A stretch of 64,000 bases of DNA from Nageia nagi (Eukaryota > Plantae > Pinophyta), in the NCBI GenBank assembly GCA_050084985.1, contig JBITNC010000001.1, forward strand, positions 88,350,001-88,414,000, read 5' to 3'. Positions 54,555-64,000 of the stretch are shown here, piece after piece. The position numbers were made by a program, and so were the translations under genes. Numbering within the stretch: the first letter of the stretch is position 1; each line of letters opens with the position of its first letter. The notes beneath the pieces were generated by a model. It had not been told where the DNA came from. It saw only the letters and a list, made by a program, of their open reading frames with translations, and ran no database searches.

Positions 54555-56552
54555 TGTTGAGCAAAGTGTTGTCATTGTTGTCAACACACTTAATGGGACC
54601 CAGTTGGTGTTGTGATACAATGTTTTGAGCATGGATAGAGATTTTTAGTAATGTTGAGAATGTGTTTGATGCTCGATTAAATTTGGTGCAAGTAATTTGT
54701 GCAAATATGCAAAAATTGCAAAATTTGTCAAAAAGTTGTATAAGTTGTTTGGAGCTTATTTGGAGATGTTTGGTTCATATGTGTACATGTTTGGTTCTTG
54801 GAAAAAATTGTTGTAACATGTTCTTGCAAAATCTCAAAAGATGCAAAAGTTATCAAAAAATTGCAAAAGTTGCACATATATGCCAATGGAATGTGTTGGA
54901 TAGCCAAACATATCATTTGGAGCCTTATTTTTTAGTTGGAAGTGAAGTTGCAGTGTTGATTCAATGTCAGACAAATTTCGGTACCATTTTGGACCTCTTG
55001 ACAATTTTGTTGGAATAGGTCAATTTCATTTCGATGATTGTTCGGATAGGACGGATCATTGTGAAACATATCAGCATGTCTTAAAACATGTCAGCATGGT
55101 GTTTGAGGTGTCATCTCAATTTTCGAGATGATTGGAGGCATTTGTAGTATTTGATCAAACAATTATGTTGTAACAGGTGGAAAAATTGACCTAGATGCCA
55201 CTTTGTAGGTGGAATATTAAGAAAATCATTAAGAGTTAGACTACAAAATTTTAATTGCAGGTAGTTGGTACTAAGATGTATATACAGTTCAAATTTCAAG
55301 TCAAATTAACATTTGAGAAAGAACTGACATGTATTGCAAAAAATAATATTTCACTTTTTTTAGTTTTGGATAGTTTTGTAGGAAAACAGTAAAATGGTAA
55401 AATCCTTCATGTTTGGCCACAAAATTCAAAATATGATGATTGATTGATAATTCATATCATCAAAATGAGCAACTTTGCTTTTTGAACCATATTGATCTGA
55501 AGTCTCGAGGTATGAGTTTGTGCAATATGTCTATACTTTGATCGTGAAGTGTTTGACAAAATGTATCTTTAAAATGTGATGGTTTGGCGTATTTTACATA
55601 ATTGAAAAATATGAATATATGCTATCATATGTTGCGGTTTGCATAAAAATCATCTTTATTAAAAGTAATTGGCATAACAAAATAACAACATTTTGGAGGT
55701 ATACGTGTAAATAGAAATTGTCAATAAACTTATTGAGTTTTTTAAAGAGAATATAGAGGTGTTTTGTTTTCCTTTAAGAGAAGTGCAAGAGTTGGTTATT
55801 TTTTTAAAAAAGGATAAAATATCTTTATAAGGAGTCACAAAAAGGGTTTGGTTTTTCTTAAGAAAAGAGTGAAAAGGAGATAATGAAGGGTGTCTCACGA
55901 TTTTGACGATAACTTTTGATCCATGACTTTATTGGAGCCCATTCTTTTTTCAAAATGTGTAGAATTCGAAGATCTATAAGTTCATCTTGTATCCTTTGGG
56001 ATATGCCCTTGAAAGATAAAAATATCATTCTATGGTATGAATTTGTAATTTTATTTGAAAGTTTTTGTTAAGCTTGTGGAAAAACTTTTTGTTGTGAATG
56101 TAGAGAATCAACTTTGAGATTGTTGGAGTGTAGTGGGATTGAGATAGTCATTGTGAGAAGAGATTGAATTTGAGCAAAACCATTCATGGTCTTCAGGAAT
56201 TGGATCCATTTTTGCTACAACTTTGAGATCTTGTCGAGTGGGTGCTTAGTAATTAAAGTCGAAGCTCTATGTAGTAGGTGTTGCAAAATATTTGGTTGGT
56301 TGGTGCCATCCTCATTATGGATGTTGCAAAAATTTGTAAAAGTACATCCATTTTACTTTTAAATGGATTTGGGTGGGAGTCTAAACAGTCCATTGGCACA
56401 ATGGTTTTTTCCACATCAGGTTTCCATTATAAATCTTGTGTTATGTGATCTATGCTTTTGTGAGTGTGTTTGATTGTTGAATTTTTATAGTTGGTTAAAG
56501 TTTTAATTCACACTGATTCACCCCCCCTCTCAATGTCAAACATAGTGCAACA
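54555..56552 (+). repeat. Copia 3' LTR, preceded by PPT AAAGGAGGAGAT
   Basis: TGTTGAGC..CAACA; homologous to the 5' LTR. Confidence 0.92.
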
Positions 56553-57901
56553 TCAGTGTACAAATAGATCTAGATGGAATCCTCCTTGATTCAATCACTT
56601 TGGTCTTTGACCTAGGTACATATGTTCAAGAGATTGAGTACAAATCATTTCTTAGGGCTTGTTCTAGCGACAAGTCTAGTATGCATTCTGCCAATTGATG
56701 TACAATGGATAAAATCAAGGCTAAGAAAGGGAAACAACCTTCAACCTCAAAACCATTGAATGTTCAAGTTTTGAAGAAACTTGAGGAGGCTACTTTAGTG
56801 ATTAGTGAGGAAGCTAGGAAAGCAAACATGTATGTTCAGCCTAAATTGGAACCTCAAAGTAATGGAGTTTTGGGTGAAATCTTGTATAAGGGGTGCTAAA
56901 ATTGTTGCTTGAAGGTAAGGAAACCCCTAAGGAGAGTCCTTATGGACTAAAGGGATTTCTTTAAAGGAACATTAGGAAGGTACTAGCGATCCTAGTCCTA
57001 GACATCAGATGGAGAGATTGAAATAACAACAACTTGATCATTGGATCATGGTTCAAGTGGAAGAGATTGCAGAGACTCAACCACTCCCAAAAGCTTCATC
57101 TAGGAAGCAAGAAGGCAACTTTAAGCAAGTGGAGACTACCCTTGAAGTAGTCTCAAAAACTCAATGGAGTAATCCATAGGTTTAAGAGGTTACAGAGGAG
57201 CTTGGTTCCCTTTTCAAGAAAAGAGAAACAATATAAGATGATGCAAAGATTCATGGAAATCCCCAACCTCACCTAGTGGTTTCAACTATTCCAATACAAA
57301 ATCATGTTGGTTTGAAGAAACAACCTTTGGTTGAGCTAGAGTCTTTGAAGGACCAAGAACTACCTAGTTTTGAGAAACCCCAAGAATTTCCTTTTGGGAA
57401 TATAAATCCATTTATGAGATCAATGATGAAGAAGTGTTGGCATATGTGGCCAAGATGGAACAATTGATGGGCATTAACCCTTCTGCACAAATGAGAAAGG
57501 TTATGTTGGAGCAAGCTAGGGTCAAACTTTCTCAACAAAAAAGAGAACATGTAGAAACTAGGGTAGAAGAGAGCAAGAGAAGCTTCGAAAGCCCCTTTAC
57601 AAAAATATTTCTTCACCATCAAGCCCTTGGTGGACAAGGGGTTCATGATGGAAGAAGCTAGGAGTTTCCATAAATGGGATCAAATTCAAATTATTTTGAA
57701 AGAACAAGTTTGAAGAGGTAGCCCTAAGGAATCAAATTATGTTTAGTTTGCAATATTAGTTTGTATTTTTAATTTAAATTCTATTTTCAATTTACTTTGA
57801 TAATCTTTAATAAGTTGTAATTTAAGTTTAATGTTTAAATTAAAGTTATGATTTTTTTAGAATATAATTATTTTATACCATTTTAATTAACAAATATTTA
57901 T

Positions 57902-60226
57902 AACCTGTCAACACTTTGTACATGGCGTGCAAGAGTGGTGGAGGGGGTTTTCGAGAGGTGGTTAGGGTTTCTGCTAATGGAGTGGTTTTGGTCAAAAGAG
58001 GGAGGAGGGATTCACGACAAAAATATGTGTGCAAACCTTGTGGTTGTTGCAAAGCATCCTTTTGATTTGAGGGTTGGGGGCTTACAGTAGGCACTTCGAA
58101 AGGATGGAGGAAACTTAGTATCCTCATGTAATACCTTGATGGAGATTCGACAAGTGGTTGGCCACTCGAGGATGATAACTTGGTCAAAAATTACGAAAGA
58201 ACAAGGAAAGAAATGTAAGTTTGACCAATTTGTAGACCTACATCCTATGGAAGGTAAGTTGTTGATATCTACTACTGTTTTAGTTTCTATGCAAGCACAA
58301 AGGGCATTTGACCTTGTAGGCAAATTCTTTGGGCCTACTTAGAGGGTAGGTGGTCAAAAAATGGAAAACCATAGGCAACCCAAATATTATTGTCTTACCC
58401 AAGGGTTTCTTCTTAATTATATTGAATACCTAGAGGATATGCAACAAAATTTATCTAGTGGATCTTAGTTTTTTGGAAGTAAGGATTTTTCTTAAGGAAA
58501 TGGGGGTTACATTTCAACCCCAATACTCAAAGGTTTAATATGACCCCGATGTGGATTCATCTTCCAAGACTTCTTGTTCATTTTTAGCATGAGGCTATTT
58601 TGATAGGGATTGCCCACTTTGTTGGAGACCCCATTGCATTGGATCCAATGACGAAGAATCAATCTTGTACGATCTACTCTCGTATTAGTGTACAAGAGGA
58701 CCTGGATGGGACCCTCCTTGATTCAATCACTTTGGTCTTTGACCTAGGTACATATGTTCAAGAGATTGAGTACAAATCATGTCTTAGGGCTTGTTCTAGC
58801 TGCAAGTCTAGTACGTATTCTATCGATTGATGTACAATGGAGAAAATCAAAGCTAAGAAAGGCAACCTTTAGCCTCATAACCATTGAATGTTAAAGTTTT
58901 CAAGAAACTCAATGAGGCTACTTTGGTGATTAGTGAGGAAGCTGGGAAAGCAGACATGAATGTTCAACTTGAATTGGAAACTCAAAGTAATGGATTTTTG
59001 GGTGAAAGCCCGTATAAGGGGTGCTAAACCTGTTGCCCAAAGGTATGGAAATCCCTAAGAAGGGTCCTTATGGAACTAAAGGGATTTCTAAAAAGGAACA
59101 ACAAGAAGGTGTTGGTGATCCTAGTCCTAGTTGTGATATGGAGAGCTTGAAATAATAAAAATTTGATCATTGAATCATGGTTTGAGTGGAGGATATTCCA
59201 AAGAATCAACCACTACCAAAAGCTTCATCTAGGAAGAGGGAAGGCGACTTTAAGAAAGTGAATACTACCCCTGAAGTAGTCTTGAAAACTCAATGGAGTA
59301 ATCCATAGGCCCAAGAGCTTACAAAGGAGCTTTGTTCCCCTTTCAAGAAAAGAGGAACAATATAAGAGGAAGAAAAGATTCATGGAAACCCCCAACCTCA
59401 CCTAGTGGTTTCAACTGTTCCAATATAGAATCATGTTGGTTCGAACAAACAACCATTGGTTGAGCTAGATTCTTTGAAGGACCAAGGTCCCTTGGTTTTG
59501 AGAAACCTTAGGAATTTCCTTTTGGGGATATGAAAGCCATTTATGTGTTTAGTGATGAAGAAGTGGTGGTGTATATGGCCAAGATGGATCAATTGATGGG
59601 CATTAGCCCTTCTACACAGATGAGGAAGGCTATGTTGGAGCAAGCTAGGGTCAAACTTTTTCAATAAGTCAGAGAACAAACAAAACTGGAGTAGAAGAGA
59701 GCGAGAGAAGATTCAAAATCGCCTTCGCAAAAATATTACTTCACCATTGAGCAGTTGGTGGAGGAGGGGATCATGATGGAAGAAGCTAGGAGCTATCATA
59801 AAGGGGATCAAAGTCAAGAACAAGATTGAAGAGGTAGCCCTGAGGAATCAAGGAGTGTAGGTATATGCAAGAATCATGCGGAGCAATAACAAAGGTAGTT
59901 GAGAATGAAATGGATCCTGTGGAGGGTTTGGAGGACATGGTGGGAATTAGGTCCACTTTGTTACAAACCATTTTTTGTGATCTTTGGTTTTGGTTTAAAG
60001 GAAATTTTGTTTTGTTTTTGTTAACAGTTTTAGTTTGTTTTTAACTTTTTGGTTTTGGACCTAACAAGTTTGGTTAGGATTTCTTGGAGATTAGTTATGA
60101 GATCATTCGATTTGGATCATAATAAATGATCTTTTTTTTTTATGTTTGGAAAATGTTGAATATATGAAGAAGTGTAAAGGGTATGGGGTCCTCTAAAACC
60201 CATGTTTTGGCATTTTATCAAAAAAC
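57902..60226 (+). mobile_element. Non-autonomous LINE derivative (ORF1 only), copy B, TSD-bounded
   Basis: 17-bp TSD AATTAACAAATATTTAT (57885-57901 / 60227-60243), DUF4283-like region and RACSSCKS knuckle remnant, T-rich 3' UTR, A-rich tail. No endonuclease or RT in 2.3 kb. Confidence 0.8.
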
Positions 60227-62344
60227 AATTAACAAATATTTATGTAATATAGATGAATAATATTTTTTATTTATGAATTGTTTCATACTTTATTTAAATG
60301 AACTTATATTAACCCATATCTTATCAATTTATATTAATGTACACACTTCCATATTGAGTAGTATGATTAGAATTAATTTATTATATTTTTTAAGAGTTTA
60401 CAACAAAAGTATTAGAGGCAATTGTGCACTAGAGGCAATTGTTTCAATCCTACTACTTTTATTGTATGCTTTAATGCCTTTTCTAAAAGTATTATTGGTA
60501 TTGTAGAAGTGTAATGATGCATATAATGTATTAAAATATTCCTTACATGTGTATTATATGAGTGTGATTATTTCATATATTGTGTTTACAATTCTATCAA
60601 AAAGTGATGAAGAAATAACGATGGATAATGAAAGCAAAATCTTTATTTAGTTTATACAATAATATTCTTCATATTTTAATCATAAACACTATATTTTAAA
60701 GGCATTTTGAATAGATAACATAATAAGTTTAGATTATATATATGTAAAATTAAATATTTTAATTTGTATACCACATTTGAATATATTAGCATAACATTTG
60801 ATATAATCCATTTTTAGTATAATTTTAAGTATAATAACTTTAAACATGTTTAGATGAACAAGTATTGTCAATGTTATACATTTGCATTTATTATTTTGTT
60901 TATACAAATAATTATAATTTTTAATAAGATGTATCATAATGAAGATAAAAAGATTGAAATGTTTTACATTTAGCCTCCACTTCATATGCATTTATATGAA
61001 ATTCTATTTTTATGCAACCAATAAATGCGTTGGTAAAGTGATGATAAAGAAAAATAAATGTAAAGTGTCAATATAAATGATTAGTTAAGTTTAAATATAA
61101 TAGGAAAGGAATACTATTTTTTTTTGGTATTAGCTCTATAGGTTTTAAGGTCCTTAAACCTTTACAAAATAGGTTGTATGAGATTAGCTCATGTAAATCC
61201 CATCCACCATATATTACTGCCTAAATACAACTTACTTGTAGTTAAATATTAACAAAAAGCATAAACAAAAACAAAATAGAAACATTGCAATTTTAAGTTT
61301 TTATTTTATCCTTAGTATTGGATGGTTTCCCTTCCTCCCATCCTTCAACATGCTTCAGAAACTCTGTTGAAGCCTTAATATGCATTGCTATCTCTTTCTC
61401 TAATAGATTGATGCATGCCATTATCATCTTCAAGGTTCGAGATAGGTTTATCAATAATTTGTAATTTACCTTGGGTTTTTCCATCAAGTACTTCCTTGAG
61501 TATTTCTAAATCTTTTTCCTTCCCCTCTACTACCATTGGGGGGGTGGGTAAGGACCCTTTTAACCACTTCATCTTCTACCTCTTGTAGTTCCATTGCCTC
61601 CTCCAAAGATGTTGATTCCTTCCTACCACTCTTCTACCTCCTTTCCTCTGATTCATCACTATAGTTCACTATTTTCTATATCCAACTTCATTTATGATTG
61701 TAGGCGCCTCCTCATCTAAATCTTCCTACTCTAATTCACCACTATATTCCACTATTTTCTTTTTGATGCCTTTCTTAATTCTTGCACACCTTTTGTATCC
61801 TTTCTAAAGTCGATTTTAGTTCCTCCTCAATGGTGAACTTCCTCCTTTTTTCTAAAGGAGTGCCTTAATCTTCCTCCCTTGAATCTAAAACTTCCTGAAT
61901 TGTTGCTTCCTTTCCCTTATTAGATCCAATCTCCTTCCTTCTCATCTTGAGGAGAAGTTATGTTTGGGAGATTAGAAGGCCGCTTCTCCTTGAAGTACCT
62001 ACTCTTTTTTCCCCTTTTTCTTCTCAAGCATGTAACAAACAATCATTTTTAGGAACCCTTAGTGAAGTGGTAGCTTCCTCTCAACCATTGTCAATGCATT
62101 AATAGATTGTTCTAGATATTATAATAAAAAGGAAGGAATATTTATTGTCTTTTAGTGGTGTATGAAATTCTAGATGACTCTATATGCTTCCCATATAGAG
62201 TCAAATATTTCATCACCAATTTGGCTACTCTATCCCATTTCTTTATAAGGGATTCACAAGCAATTCCATATTGAAGCCAATTTAATGTTTTCTCTCCCTT
62301 AAAAATTTTTACAATCCATTCCACCCATTTTGTCTTCAATCTTT

Positions 62345-62752
62345 GGGTAAGTGCAAGAAGATGAGTCCCACTTTAGAGGAAGTCTTAGGAACTATTAAGT
62401 TTTTCTATTTGTTTAATAACCTTTTACTTTTTTGGAATTGTGAAAAAAATGTGTGTACAATCTACATACAATTATTCACAAGTTAAAAAAATAAATTAAA
62501 AATGATAAGTTTAGGTCAAATTATGCTTGATGGACATCAACACTTTTCAAAATAACTACCAAGGCCAATAAAAATTTAATAAAAAATACTCATGAAAAAT
62601 TATAAAAAATATCTTAACAATCTTTTGTGTTTTAGGTATCTTTTTTTAAAACAATTTAGAAAAATATTTTAATTTAGGTCCAATTATGCTTGATGGACAT
62701 GATGGGGTATGGTCTTGAAACTGTATTTTTTAAACAATGGATTTCGTATTTG

Positions 62753-62790
<38 letters not shown>

Positions 62791-62794
62791 TTTG

Positions 62795-62833
<39 letters not shown>

Positions 62834-63298
62834 CGCAATATACATACAATTCTTCACAAGTTAAAAAATGATAAGTTGAGGTCAAATTATGCTTGACGAA
62901 CATGAGCATTTTTCGAGATGAGAATCAAGGCTAATAAAAAATTAATAAAAAAATATTCATAAAAAATTACAAAAAAATATTCTACACAATCTTTAGTGTT
63001 CTAGGTATCTTTACCTAAAAAGATTTTAAAAAAATATTTGTATGGTCATGACACTATCTTTTAAACAATGGTTTGTAAACATGTCTATCAAGTATTAATT
63101 TCTATCATTTGGGTTTTGGCATAAATTACATATTTGAAAACTAAACTTTGAGCACTACATTTTTACCCAAGTGGCCTTTTTCAATATTCAGACTCTTAAG
63201 AGCTTCAAATTTTGAGATTAAGTGTGACTAAACTTGAAAATGAAGAAAAACACTTCCACTTTGGGCTAAAACTGGAACCCATATTCTTGTGCTTACCC
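62345..63298. mobile_element. Non-autonomous TIR DNA transposon
   Basis: ~30-bp imperfect TIRs GGGTAAGTGCAAGAAGATGAGTCCCACTTT / AAACTGGAACCCATATTCTTGTGCTTACCC, flanked by CTTT/CTTT, with an internal ~370-bp direct repeat. Confidence 0.75.
62757..62836. repeat. Compound microsatellite (AT)n..(GT)n(GC)n
   Basis: Read directly from the sequence. Confidence 0.95.
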
Positions 63299-64000
63299 CT
63301 TTGGATAACTTTACCTTCATTTGGTAGGCCCAAAACCTCTATAATGAGATGTGGAGAGATCACACAATTGAATTCCATCAACTTCAATCTATCCTTGGTT
63401 TCACAAATTAATAATTTATCTCATAATTCCTTCATCATGTCCATTGAATCTTTGCAAGAATTGAAACCATATTGACTAATCCATTAATGGGGCTATCTCC
63501 TTGTCGACTACATACACCAAGGGCTTTGTTTGCACCAGGTCTCCTCCCATTTTAACTAGCTCTAGAAATGAGTTTTGAAGCAACTTATGATAAAATGCAA
63601 TTACTCTTATACATTGCTCTCTTTGTAGCTTCCATGATAAGACATTCAAAAGTACATCCACCTATCAATAGCTTAAACCAACTATCGCTTTGAAACCCCA
63701 CCCCCATGTAGGGTGGTGATTACTTTGATTTGAAAACCCATGTTACTTGATATGTGTTATTATTATTCTTTTATTTCTTAGAAAAGGCCCCTCCTAATCC
63801 TTTATAGGAAAACCCCTGCATTAAAGAATAATTATTATTCATCTACTATGATCTTATTTGATAAATGTTATAATGATTTAAGTGGATCAAGAAAAATTCT
63901 AACTATTTTTGAAATGATTATTATAGTCTTCTTTCATGAGGATTCAAATATTTTATTATCAATATGCATGTATCATTATATATAAAATACACTTCCAATA

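Larger units (their letters stand above)
47373..56552 (+). mobile_element. Full-length degenerate Ty1/copia element, SIRE-like
   Basis: ~2.0-kb LTRs TGTTG..CAACA, iMet PBS, gag-PR-INT-RT-RH, several PPT-like motifs, ATTCACCCCCCCTCT near the LTR end, decayed TSD CCAAT/TCAGT. Confidence 0.92.
46776..57735 (+). mobile_element. LINE ORF1-derived element copy A (46776-47372 + 56553-57735), split by the copia insertion, 3'-truncated
   Basis: DUF4283-like AFDLVGKFFGPRSDMYALRGWAFMKWKP..IIALPKG. Sequence resumes after the copia, colinear with copy B. Confidence 0.8.
61117..63660 (-). mobile_element. Poly(A)-ended element with a decayed non-RT ORF (MGGDLVQTKP..WFQFLQRFNGHDEG..EVLGLPNEG..VMKYLTL, acidic tail)
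   Basis: T9 tail at ~61117-61125 and a 3' motif like copy B's. ORF pieces join in frame once 62345-63298 plus one target-site copy is removed. 5' end and TSD not found. Confidence 0.6.

Overview
AT-rich, strongly CpG-depleted plant nuclear DNA. The repeat landscape looks gymnosperm-like (inference). Nearly all coding-like sequence is decayed transposon. From left to right: (1) a minus-strand spliced gene remnant (~2.1-2.84 kb). (2) A degenerate Ty3/gypsy Tat/Ogre-type LTR element (3026-22328) with a tRNA-Arg PBS, gag-PR-G-patch-RT-RH-aRH-INT, an antisense plant-mobile-domain ORF and a captured PPR gene fragment. (3) A head-to-tail ~13-kb segmental duplication (17615-30864 / 30865-43875) carrying the element's 3' half plus flank: LTR remnants, a MULE with a 9-bp TSD and a poly(A) retro-insert. 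(4) A CpG-rich island (~44.4-45.3 kb) with an ABRE-rich promoter, the first exon of a small plant gene, and a convergent TATA/exon/donor. (5) A duplicated ORF1-only LINE derivative, one copy interrupted by a full-length SIRE-like Ty1/copia element (47373-56552). (6) A minus-strand poly(A) element with a different ORF, split by a TIR element containing an (AT)n(GT)n(GC)n microsatellite. The most novel-looking signal is a set of RT-less poly(A) retroelements carrying different ORFs, two of which share a 3' stem-loop. No database searches were possible, so protein identities come from motif recognition only.
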